Shown one piece after another: positions 51,297 through 63,520 of a DNA stretch of 64,000 nucleotides; position 1 is the first letter of the stretch, and each line of letters starts with the position of its first letter. The translations under genes and the position numbers were made by a program. The notes below the pieces were generated by a model. The model was not told where the DNA came from, ran no database searches, and saw nothing but the letters and a program-made list of their open reading frames with translations. This stretch comes from Octopus vulgaris (Eukaryota), in the NCBI GenBank assembly GCA_951406725.2, contig OX597826.1, positions 77,376,001 to 77,440,000 on the forward strand. Direction: 5' to 3'.

Positions 51297-52033
51297 ATAA
51301 TATATGCATATATACACATATGAATATATATATGTATGTATATATATATGCAATAATATATGTGTATATATACATATGTATGAACGTATGTATATCTATC
51401 TAGATTAATAGATAGATAGATATTATGCAAACCTTCATGATTTCGCAATATGCCTAAACCATCGCAGAAATTGAAACCCTCACCTTTCTATCCACCACTT
51501 CTTCGTTTCCCTTAAAATAAAAACAAAAAAAATCTCCAAACAATTGAATTCAACTTAGTTCTATAAAATAGCGAATCGCGACAAAAATACAATGGAAAGA
51601 TTTGAGAACAATTAGTGGTTGTGGTAATAGCGGTGGTGGTGGTGGCGGGGTTGCGGTTGGCGTTGGCATTGAATGGTGGAAGCTTCGAGCATGGCTGGAA
51701 CCGATAACACCGCTAAAATACCAGTAATAAGAAGATAATGTATCGACAATGTATAAGAGAGAAAGAAAGAAAGAAGAAATAATGACAAAAGCAGACACGG
51801 TCTAACACATAGATATCGTTTGTGTGTGTGTCTGTGTGTGTGTAGAAATATCTATTTAAGTGTACTTGCATACATACATACACACACATATATACACATA
51901 TATATATATGCATGTATATATGCATATACATAAACAGATAATGGTGTGAACAAGAACAACACTAAGCTTTTGAAATGGGCTATTATAGACCTATAATATA
52001 TTGTTTTGACTTATATACATAGAAAAAATACAT

Positions 52034-52074
<41 letters not shown>

Positions 52075-52761
52075 CATATATATATATATGCAGACATATA
52101 CATAGATACATATTACATAAAATGTATGTAGATTTGTATTTCCTTTTTGTTTTTGCTTTGAGTTTTTCCTTTCGTTTTTTTTTTCTTTTTTTTTTGTATT
52201 TATCTTCTCTCTTTGTTATTTTGTAAAACAATTGCGTGATTTTTTTTTTTCCTTTTAATTTTATGTCTTTTGTTTTAGGTTTTAGTTTATTGTATTTTCT
52301 TTTCTGTTTTTTTTTTTTTTTTTTTAGCTTTTGCTAGTACTGTACGTTGAGGGTTCGATTGAAGCTAGTGCTTGCTAAGTGATGGCTTATCTAAAATTTA
52401 TGTGTTCGCATTATATGGAAGACTTGTTTGGTGGAACGGAGTGCCCAGTCAAAGCCATCAATAATGTATGCTGACCCCCACACGATAATTATAGGCAAAG
52501 TAAGGACGATTTCCACCGCCAGCCACACATACACACACACACACACGTAAACAAATGAACGGATATAAGCACAGACACATGCATACGCACACAACTCCGC
52601 ATATAACTTCACACCACACCCTTATACACTCAAACACAGCCATACATTGTACACACAGCGTATAGAAACTAATAACTTAACCGTCGCTCGATTACTCCGG
52701 TGCCTAAACACACGTTTAACTTAGAGAGAATGGAAAAAAAAAACGTATACACATAGAACAA

Positions 52762-52792
<31 letters not shown>

Positions 52793-52881
52793 GCGTAGAA
52801 CCTTACACACACACTTACATGTAAACATTATCACAAAGTCATGCACTCAGACATACACCTATGTGTATATATATCTATATC

Positions 52882-52932
<51 letters not shown>

Positions 52933-53293
52933 TTGTGCGTGTCCATATATATGATTATAAACACTCATGCACGGTATACACTTACACGCATACACGCACT
53001 CGCGCGCGTGAATACAAACTTGGAAAACTTAGAAGTTAGATCCTACGTATATCTAAGAGTATACTATCATACATTCACATATATGAATATGTTCATAAAT
53101 ACATAGATTTATATCAATACCCATACGCTAAGCGCTTACATATACAGCAACTTGTGTGTGTATATGTATGTATATGTATGTTAATATATGTTTATATATA
53201 TATATATACACACACATAAATGTATATATATATATATTAACATATATATATATATACATATATATGTTAATATATATATACACACACACATAA

Positions 53294-53343
<50 letters not shown>

Positions 53344-53479
53344 GTTAAAAGTGAAAAAAATAAAGAAGGCTTGTTTTAAAAGGTTAAAAAATATATATTT
53401 GAGTCATTATGTCTGAAGAATGTTATAAATTTTTTTCATACAATGACATAGTTTTTGAAGAAATGACCGGTTTCGCGTT

Positions 53480-53783
53480 CAGCTTTTCAACGTGAGGGAT
53501 GTCAACGTAGAATATAGACGTTTATATACGCAGCAAGTTTAGATGGGCTGGACACGTCGCCCAGCTCACCGATAATCGGTAGACCCGCGCAGTTGTCGAT
53601 CGGTACCCGCGAGAGCGGAAACGACCACTCGAAAGACCCTCACGACGGTGGAGTTAAGATTTTAAGAGGGCGATTGGTATCACGCAGATGAGAAAGGCGC
53701 GATCGAGAGAGGAGTGGAAAGCGTGCTGTGACCAGCGGTGTCAAATGGACGCCCGACGGATTGGTCGGTCAAGGTGATCAAGG

Positions 53784-53785
<2 letters not shown>
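53480..53785 (+). mobile_element. RTE-clade LINE 3' end
   Basis: SKFRWAGHVA...YPRERKRPLERPSRRW; short tandem tail TCAAGGTGA. Confidence 0.85.
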
Positions 53786-53878
<93 letters not shown>

Positions 53879-54488
53879 TAATACATATCTACATGTATAT
53901 GGTTCGATATGCTTTACATATATATATGTGTGTGTGTGTGTGTATAATACATAAAGAGAGAGAGAGAGAGAAAGAAAGAAGGAAAGAAAGAAATGAAGGA
54001 AGAAAGTAAGATTGAAAGAAAGGAAGCATATCTTCACATATTTGAAATCTAAATGTGCATATATATATGTATGTATGTATACGAATGCCTGTATGCAAAT
54101 GTAGCGTATTTTTATAAAGATGGCAATTTATAGTATCATAAAAGCATGAAACTACAAGAAGCTCTTTTGGTTGTGTATAAAATTAATATTTATCTCTCAC
54201 TTGATGGAGTACATTTTCTTTTGTTGATTCTGCTTATATTGGACCTCTCTCTCTCTCTCTCTCTCTCTCTCTATTTATATATATATATATATATATATGT
54301 GCAGATATACGTACAGATATACATAATACATGTATATATATATATGTCCATAGTTACATACAACTTACGATTCCGGTTACACTCTTGTAGAACGCCATGT
54401 AATTGAAGTGATTTTAAATAATGTTCATTCCATTTTCTTTCACTTATCTGTATGTATTTATACACACTTATTTCCTCTCAGTATACAT

Positions 54489-54526
<38 letters not shown>

Positions 54527-54879
54527 CAGCTAAATCACCGATTCGCTTGGCTTTTTGAAACTAAGATGAGATAAAGTATTTTCTTCTTTCAAGATGTAAC
54601 TGGATTTTATCTTCCTAAGAACTGCTTTGCTTCAGCTGTGCTTGGATTATGATTTCATTATTTCTCTAAACCTGATTGAGTTCTCTGCTAATTGCTTTGC
54701 ACAGAACAAATGCTATCTATTCCTACGTGTGTATGCATGCAAACATGCGTGTGTGTGTGAGAGAGAGAGAGAGAGAGACGGACAGACAGACAGACAGAAA
54801 AAAGTGTAAGCATGTGTATATATCTGTGTGTGTGTGTGTGTGTGTGTGTGTTATGTATTACCTTTGACTTGTTCAAGTC

Positions 54880-55275
54880 TCATTGAACCGATTGTCAAGT
54901 CTGGTGGCAATCCTTAGACGTGGATAGTTAATGTTGAGTGCTCCGATACGTTCGAATGATACACGCTTGTCATCTTGTCTTGTTGTGTGTTGCTGGTTTG
55001 CATCTTCATTTTTGTTACTTGGTAAACTTTCGGTGGTCCGACAATCTATTGTGTTCCAGTTAGTATGTTTCCTGAATAGTCGCATACATATCTCAACAGT
55101 TGTAGCACTATCTCAACTTCCGAAGTTAAAGCGGTTGTGTAATTTTCATAACGAATGTTAAAACGCTCTTTGCACATTCCAATGTATGATTTTGCTTTCT
55201 CAAAGATACGGCAAAAAATTAATCGTATTTGCAGGCGTAAAAGACGCGTTTCTTTTACTTTTATATCTATCAAGA
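54880..55275 (-). mobile_element. Penelope-like GIY-YIG endonuclease remnant
   Basis: KSYIGMCKERFNIRYENYTT followed by NWNTI, matching the PLE YIG..F..RY.NH / I.W.I pattern. Confidence 0.65.
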
Positions 55276-55302
55276 GAATGCTCTGTTACTGACAAAATAA
55301 TA

Positions 55303-55515
55303 TTGGCTCCAAACTTTGGCACAAGGCCAGCACTTTCGGTGGAGGGGTTAAGCCGATTACATCGACCCCAATGTCCAACTGGTACTTATTTTATAGCCCC
55401 CGAAAGGATGAAAAGCAAAAATGGTGTCGACGAAAGGTTACTTGGAACTCAGAACATAAAGACAGATGAAATTCCGGTAAGCATTTTGCTAACGATTCTG
55501 CCTGCTCACCTCCTT
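55303..55515 (-). mobile_element. SINE family B copy (variant tail)
   Basis: GATTACATCGACCCC..ACTGGTACTTATTTTAT..CCCGAAAGGATGAAA. Confidence 0.75.
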
Positions 55516-56235
55516 AATAATAGTAAAATATTGGAAACAAGCCAAATTATCACAGCTTGTTCACACTAACTGACGAAAAGTTTTTTTTTTTAGAGTACGT
55601 CTGCAGTTATTGTGGGAAGTCACATTATCTCATGGTACCTCATTTTCCTTGCATATATAAGCCACGACTGAATATGTCTTACATTATTTAATGACAGCGT
55701 CACTTTTAAGAAACATTCTAATTATCTCATTAAAAAAATCTTCTTAATGATGAAATAAATGTTAAATTTTCATCCGCCAATCCCCTATTTGCAATGAGAG
55801 GAGGACAACAAATAGCATGGAGCGCCAAACTGATGGCCGACCGCGGTTACATGAAGAGAAATACGAGTTTCACAACCAGCATGGCAATTGTTTTCACCCA
55901 AATATAAAACAGTTGATCTCGAATCGTACATCATAAATTCATAGATTCATTCTTTATTCCTCCTTACAGTCACAATATTGTATTTCCACGTCTCCCTTAA
56001 AAAATCTACTTTAAAATATTTTGATATAAGTGTATGAGCATATATACTAAATTTTGTATTTTCTTATTGTTCGCAACATATATTTGAAAAATAAGGGTAC
56101 CTCTTATGCGAGGTTACATCTTATACATAGCAAATGTAAAATATAAGTTAGTCCTAGAGGGCACAATGTTCCTAAAGGTCAGCAGTAGTCTTCCTCGGTC
56201 ACCAGTGGACGTCCATCATATATATATATATATAT

Positions 56236-56565
56236 GAAGGCTCATGGCTCGGTGGTTAGAGTGTCCAGCTTACGATCGTGAGGTTGTGAATTCAATTCCC
56301 AGACCGGGCTGCGTGTTGTCTTCTTGAGCAAGACACTTTATTTCACGTTGCTCCAGTTCACTCAGCTGTAGAAATGAGTTGCAACGTCACTGGTGCCGAA
56401 CAGTATCGGCCTTTGCCTTTCCCTAGGATAACATCAGTGATGTAGTGAGGGGAGGCTGGTATGCATGGGTGACCACTGGTCTTCCACAAACAACCTTGCC
56501 CGGACTTGTACCTCGAAGAGTATCTTTCTAAGGTGCAATTCCATGGTTATTCATAACCAAAGTGG

Positions 56566-56568
<3 letters not shown>
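56236..56568 (+). mobile_element. SINE family C copy between (TA)n tracts
   Basis: TGGCTCGGTGGTTAGAG A-box, AATTCAATTCCC B-box, TTGAGCAAGACACTT core. Confidence 0.85.
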
Positions 56569-56622
<54 letters not shown>

Positions 56623-56684
56623 GGAGTAAACACTAAATGTGAAACAAGGTGGAAAAAGAGTACTCAAATACCAGTGGTATAGTA

Positions 56685-56773
56685 ATATGCTTTATTTAAG
56701 CAGCAGAAAACACAAAACCTGTTACGCGAAACTGAGTAACAGGTTTGTAGAATTTCTGCTGCTTTAAATAAAG

Positions 56774-56778
<5 letters not shown>
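56685..56778. repeat. Fold-back inside a (TA)n-embedded element
   Basis: GCTTTATTTAAGCAGCAGAAA..AAACCTGTTAC versus GTAACAGGTTT..TTTCTGCTGCTTTAAATAAAG. Confidence 0.85.
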
Positions 56779-56862
<84 letters not shown>

Positions 56863-56919
56863 GTTTGTGTGTGTGTGAGTTTATATATATAGAGAGAGAG
56901 AGAAGAGAGATAGAGGTGA

Positions 56920-57074
56920 GTGTCTTTCAGTTTCCATCTACCAAATCCACTCACAAGGCTTTGGGCGGCCCGAGGCTATAGTAGAAGACGCTCGACCAAG
57001 GTGCCACGCAGTGGGACTGAACTCGGAACCATGTGGTTGGGATGCAAGCTTTTTACCACACAAGCACGCCTGCG
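56920..57074 (-). mobile_element. SINE family A 5' half
   Basis: TCTTTCAGTTTCCATCTACCAAATCCACTCACAAGGC... Confidence 0.85.
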
Positions 57075-57200
57075 CGCGCACACAAACACACACATATACA
57101 CACGCGCATACACACAGAGTTTGATAAACAGCATGCATGAAACTTTCAACCCCTGAGTCACTTACGTAACTTTATAGCTAATCAATAAAGAGAAACATAT

Positions 57201-57256
<56 letters not shown>

Positions 57257-57386
57257 ATATATGTTAGAAGTGTGATAAGATCAAGTGTATCAATTATAAT
57301 ATGTATATAAAACTCATATATTATATATAAAGTGTCATATAGGTTCGTTTACGTGGACACACAGACATACATATACATTCGCGCGC

Positions 57387-57444
<58 letters not shown>

Positions 57445-58195
57445 CTCTCTTTTTCTCTCTCCCTCTCTCTTTTTCTCTCGTCTATTTGATTGCTTACACG
57501 TTTGTGTGTGTGTGTTTGCGTTTCTGTGTTGCAAGTTAGAGACGTTTGTTTATCTTAACTATTGCGTCTTGTATTACTGTTGCATGGCGGCTTTGAATAG
57601 AGCGCGGCAATTGTGGTTTGCCGCCTGCTCAATACCAACAAGGAGCTAGCGTTCATTTATGTACAGGCACCATTCATCGCTCTCCTTGTAGATTATAGAG
57701 ATAGGAAGCTCTGAATGGAACTTGCACATAAGTGTAGATGATAGAGATTAGGTTTACGCGTGTGCCCAACGTCCTTGTTTGAGTTTGGAAGTTTTGAATG
57801 CAAATAAACTGTGACAACGGTTCGGGGTGTTCGTTCTTCTGATATCAATGCTGACACACACTTTGTGTACCTGTAGCCTATGTTTCATATGAATTAATGT
57901 ACATATAAGTGTGAGTGCGTGTATGTATGTATGTATGTATGTATGTACACATACACTTAACCGCAGGTCTGTGCCTATATATACGTATGTAAGCATTTAT
58001 ATGCATACATGTAGGTGCGTATGTTTATATGAATTAATGTACATATAAGTGTGTGTGTGTATGTATGTATGTATGTATGTATATATACATACATACATAT
58101 ATATATATATACATATATATATATACATATATATATACACATATATATATATACATATAAAGGGTAAGGGTACCCTTTATATGTATATATATATG

Positions 58196-58226
<31 letters not shown>

Positions 58227-58266
58227 ACGTATATATATATACATATATATATACATATATATATAC

Positions 58267-58343
<77 letters not shown>

Positions 58344-59211
58344 CACACACACATACATAGATACATGTGTGTGTACCGCGCGTGTGTACCTGTGTACAGA
58401 CAGACAGAGAAAGACAAAGAATGTCAGTGTTGATTACATACAAGCAATGAATGTAACGATTCATAAGTTACTCTATTGTTGAAATATTCTCGAAAACTCC
58501 GATTCAGGTGTGGTTAATTGGAATTTGGTACTAAATTTCCTGTCAAACATAACCGAGTGTCAACAACATCTTCACCTTTGTGTGTGTTTGTGTATGAGCA
58601 CGTCGCTGGCTTTGTTTCTCTGTGTGTTTGTCTGTATCTCATTGTACATTTGTACACACACTCGAAACTATAGAAAATTTCTAATATCTAAATTTCTAAT
58701 ATGCAGCCCAAGCGCATACACTACACGGTATACCGACGTATACACACTTGCACATGCGCTCTTATACACACACCCTATCTATCTCTACGTCACTTTATCT
58801 CATGCACGTACATCCCGCGATGGCGACGTCAGTAAGGTATTGGGAATTAAACTCGGGAGGTCAGCTGTTCGTTTTCTGGCTGTTATTGCGTTGTATCATT
58901 GGTTAAAACGCCTCTCAACTGAGCTTGTTAGTGCACCCTTCGGTATAAGAGTGCTACAAGGCAAAACATATTCGCAGCTATAACAACGGTTGTAGTGAAA
59001 TCTCGAAAGGTGTTTTGCGGAACATTCGCCACTGGCGATTTCGTGTCTAACGGACATATATTTAACGAAGTTAATTTGCTTTCAAGGAATAGACACAAAA
59101 GAATAAAGCCTCTACACCTACGCGCAAATTATAACCGGCATCAGCAGTTTTAAAAACGAAGGACATGTTGGTTAGTGTAATATTAGACATATTATATCTA
59201 GAGATATAAAA

Positions 59212-59443
59212 AGGCGGCGATCTGGCAGAAACGTTAGCGCCCCGGGCGAAATGCTTAGCGGTATTTCGTCTGTCGTTACGTTCTGAGTTCAAATTTTGCC
59301 GAGGTCGACTTTGCTTTTCATCCTTTCGGGATCGATAAATAAAGTACCGGTTTCGCACTGGGGTCGATGTAATCGACTTAACCCCCTTTGTCTGTCCTTA
59401 TTTGTCCCCTCTATGTTTAGCCTCTTGTGAGTAGTAAAGAAAT
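59212..59443 (+). mobile_element. SINE family B copy (well preserved) with probable TSD
   Basis: A and B boxes, Meta-like domain; TATATCTAGAG(A/C)TATAAAA on both sides. Confidence 0.92.
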
Positions 59444-60268
59444 ATATATCTAGAGCTATAAAAGATAGGCCACGACTAGAGACAATTTGATTGTCCTTCT
59501 GCTGTCAGGATGACTAAATAAACAATAGCATCATCAAAAATCACGTTATGACCACTAAATCTTAATTTCGGTGGACATCGAAGCACAAAAGAGACCTTGC
59601 AAGGTCTATTATCAACAATCACCCCATTCAATAATGTTTCATAAGTGTGCAATTTAGTGTGACTCAGAAATATATTATAAATCACACCATTTTAATCATT
59701 AACGATTTTAATCATTATCTCATTCAAACTTATAAAGCAAGGTATTTTTATCGCTTTTAAGGGCGTCAAACAAAGCAAACACCAGTAAATACTAAGCGTT
59801 TTTGACTTCTTCTTGAACTACTGCGACGAATGTCTCCTGAAGATCCCTGTGCCTTATTACTAAATACTGGTATAGAACCATGTTACGGGGAGTAATTAAA
59901 GATTCTAACTGTATATCCTGCACCCTACGATTCTTATGTTTATACTGACCATTCAAACAACTTAACGTTATTTTTATTAAAGCTCTTGTAATATCTTATG
60001 TAACATCTCGTATAATATCCATAGACTCCATGAGAAAAGACTTTAGTTATTTGGAAGCTAGTCTTTTAAACCTTTCTCTTCGAAATTAATTTTCATGGTT
60101 ATTTCAATAACGATGTAGAATATCTACAAAAAGAAAAAAAATAGATTGGTTTTTCTGCAATCAAGTTCTCTCAATACACTTGACATACAGTTCTATATTT
60201 AAGAGATGAGGAGTTATCTACATTATTTACATTTGACAGATATTTGTCCTCATCTTGTTTGTTGTTAG

Positions 60269-60310
60269 CACAACGTTTCGGCTGATATACCCTCCAGCCT
60301 TCATCGGGTG
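60269..60310 (-). ncRNA. Minimal type-I hammerhead motif
   Basis: CAC-CCGAUGA-A-GGCUG-(10 nt)-CAGCC-GAAA-CG-UU-GUG; U4 changed to C. Confidence 0.65.
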
Positions 60311-60344
60311 TCTTGGGGAAATTTCGAACCTGAATTTCTTAACG

Positions 60345-60625
60345 TGTAATAATAATATTAATATGTTCGGCTTTTACAGTGATGATGGTTTATTTATTTT
60401 CTGCAGTATCAAGAGCCATGAATTGGAGCTATCAAGAAGGGTTCAATGACATGTTTTAAAATCATTTAAAGACCACAACAGATACGATAAATAATTTCTA
60501 GTATATTATATAGGTGTTGGAAAATACTAAAAATACTGCCCATTTAGCAAACCGTATGACATGTTGCTATATGTTCGCAGAGATTCAAATCACCTTCAGA
60601 CATCCACAACAAAGCTGAATTTTAA
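60345..60625 (+). mobile_element. Penelope-like reverse transcriptase remnant
   Basis: FGFYSDDGL (GLYRDDGL-like) and PFSKPYDMLLYVRRDSNH (PYRKP...YI...SNHP-like). Confidence 0.7.
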
Positions 60626-60724
60626 AAATTAGGAAGCACATATATATCTTTTTCTATGACAATTAATTCGCTCCATACTGTATATATGTGTGCGTGTATG
60701 TATACGTAGGAATATATGTATATA

Positions 60725-60987
60725 CAATAATCCCTCGACTATCGCGAGTGTTACGTTCCAAAACCCACCGCGATAGGGGAAAATCCGCGAAGTAGAAACA
60801 GTACTGAACTATATATATATTTTTTATTTTTATAATTTGTATATATTTATTTTATTATAACTGCAAAACTACACTACAAAGGAATCGACGTAAGATTAAA
60901 TAATAAACCCTGATAGGTGAACCGCGATTGGTGAACTATGATAGGTGAACCGTGATAGGTGAACCACGATATGGCGAGGGATTTCTG
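60725..60987. mobile_element. pogo/Tigger-type MITE
   Basis: TIRs CAATAATCCCTCG / CGAGGGATTTCTG with TA flanks; four subterminal GATAGGTGAACC-like repeats. Confidence 0.8.
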
Positions 60988-61168
60988 TATATAATTACAC
61001 ACATACATATATACATATACATACTCCCGGAAGGGATCCTTGCAAGATGTGCCGAAACAATTGTAGTGATACGTATCTTCCATCGTCCACCTCTCATTTG
61101 CGATATATATATATATGTGTGTGTGTGCGTGTGTGTACGTATTATGTATGCGTGTATATTTGTAATTT

Positions 61169-61211
<43 letters not shown>

Positions 61212-61554
61212 TTATATATGTATATACATATGTATTAATATATATATATATGTATATATATATTTATATATACATATATATAAATGCAAAAATACTGATA
61301 TGTGTGCACACCTATATATTTGTGTGCGCGTGTGTGTGTGCGTGCGCATGTATGTATGTTTGCATGTATGTATGCATTGACGCGTGAATGTGTGTGTGTG
61401 TACGTACGTACTAATTTATTATGCGTAGTTTTGTTTTACAAGATCCAAGAATTGACAGAAGACAAATAGATCGGCAGATTCTATCAAAAAGGTAACAAAA
61501 TAGACACACACACGCGCGCATATATACAAACACATACACACACATCCACACACT

Positions 61555-61605
<51 letters not shown>

Positions 61606-62051
61606 ACACACACGCACACACTTCGGTATATATATACTCTATATATGGAGCAAAGTATAAGATTACCATTAATTATACATACCCGTATTTTTTTGCGTTT
61701 TTGTCGTTGAAGTTCAATCGTTCATTGACACCGACGTTCGTAATTGATGTGTTTAGTTGCAATTAGTACTGCATGATTATCAGCCCCGACCCTTTTTTTA
61801 ATTTTAACCAGAGAATAAGAGAAAGAAGGCAGGGGTTTAGTAAAGGTAGGGAAGAGTTTTGTCCGAGTTTGCGATCCGGCAGAGATTTTGGATCAAAACA
61901 AAAATACATTTTGGTGACTCCTTCGATCCTGACAGCGCGGAAAACATATTTTATTATTTTTTTTTTTTATCTAGTTTCTTGCTATAGTCATTGGACTAAT
62001 AGTATCTAAAGGCACCAATATATTCTAAAATTGAATGTGAGTTAATGTAAA

Positions 62052-62450
62052 TCTTTATATATAAAAGTCAAGTTGTCTGTCTCCTACGATTTGGAGCATG
62101 AAAGAGTTCGATGCAGCTGCCCTCATCTGCACCTCCTGCCGTAAAGTTGGTTCATCTGGGACACCTGACAAGAAGAGATCCAGTTTTATTTTAAAGACAT
62201 CTGCATCCACCCCATGCAGGTCTCTTAGGTTCTTCGGGAGGATATTGAAAAGCTGTGGGCCTCGGAAGCCCAGGCTATCACAGTATCTCGTCCTACATCT
62301 TGATGGCAAATTTGGAGTCCTTGGCCCTGTGCAGTGGCGCCCAGTTCAGGCATTTGTGTAACTCTCGATGCCAAAGTTATCTTTTATCTTTGGACTGATT
62401 GTATTTAAAGGCACCAATATATTCTAAAATTGAATGTGAGTTACTGCTAG
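62052..62450 (+). mobile_element. Composite with Helitron-like termini
   Basis: A|TCTTTATATATAAAAG...CTGCTAG|T; no 3' hairpin visible. Confidence 0.5.
62095..62378 (-). mobile_element. CR1/Jockey-like LINE ORF2 C-terminal fragment
   Basis: SLGFRGPQLFNILPKNLR...FKIKLDLFLSGVPDEP..AASNS. Confidence 0.85.
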
Positions 62451-62529
62451 TATACCTATAAATGTATTCCTGTTACACGGCATTTCATTTTTCTTCCAAC
62501 AACGGTAAAGTTAATCCCGGTTTCAAAAT

Positions 62530-62640
62530 CTGGCACCAAATCAGCAATTTCGAGGGAAGGAGGAACTCAGGATGTAAAGACGGACGAAATGCCGCTAAGC
62601 ATTTTGTCCGGCGTGCTAACGATTCTGCCAGCCCTCCGCC
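62530..62640 (-). mobile_element. SINE family B fragment
   Basis: GCCGCTAAGCATTTTGTCCGGCGTGCTAACGATTCTGCCAGC. Confidence 0.75.
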
Positions 62641-62756
62641 ATAACAGTAAAACTAACATCGGCCAATGAATACAGTCAACCGGGCCTCTGGTGCCGATCT
62701 CTAATAATATTATCGCTATTATTATTATCATAAATATCTGAAGAGGCATTATTCTC

Positions 62757-63284
62757 TCTTTTTTACTTGTTTCGGTCATGCGACTGTACCCATGCTGGAG
62801 CACCGCCTTTAGTCGAGCAAATTGACCTCAGGACTTAGTCTTTGTAAGCCTAGTACTTATTCTATCGGTCTATTTTGCCGAACCGCTAAGTTACGGGGAC
62901 GTAAACACACCAGCATCGGTTGTCAAGCGATATTGGGGGGGGGGCAAACACAGACACACAAACATACAAACATACCCATATACATATATAAATGTATATA
63001 TACTTTATAATTAGGGTTCATCAAAGATTTGCTTCACCACATACCGAAGTAGGTGGTTTGTTTTCAAGAGCTTTGGTTTTTCTGGGAACCCCCTTTAAAG
63101 TAGAAGGAATAGCTAAGATTTTTTGACTGCTATTTCTAAACTTCGGTATGTGGTGAAGCAAATCGTTGCTGAACCCTAATCATAAAGTATTACTTAAGCT
63201 TACCATGAAATGGTCCTTTTCATGCCGAATTCTACTTGGTGAAATTACTGATTACTTCTTAAATAATTAATTTCACCCTTTGTT

Positions 63285-63358
<74 letters not shown>

Positions 63359-63520
63359 CGACGGTGCTTCTTTCAGTTTCCGTTTACCAAATCCACTCAC
63401 AAGGCTTTGGTCGGCCCGAGACTATAGTAGAAGACACTTGCCCAAGGTGCCACGCAGTGGGACTGAACCCGGAACCATGTGGTTGGTAAGCAGGCTACTT
63501 ACACAGCCACTCTTACGCCT
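62757..63520 (-). mobile_element. SINE family A copy split by an insertion in its central microsatellite
   Basis: 3' half 62757 to about 62990, 5' half about 63358-63520, foreign sequence 63000-63290. Confidence 0.9.
63000..63190. repeat. 51-bp inverted repeat (3 mismatches) with 89-bp spacer
   Basis: 63000-63050 versus 63140-63190. Confidence 0.9.

Noticed and set aside
59560-59900. ILIINDFN and FLNYCDECLL, resembling an APE endonuclease
   Set aside because: Too degenerate to call without a profile search
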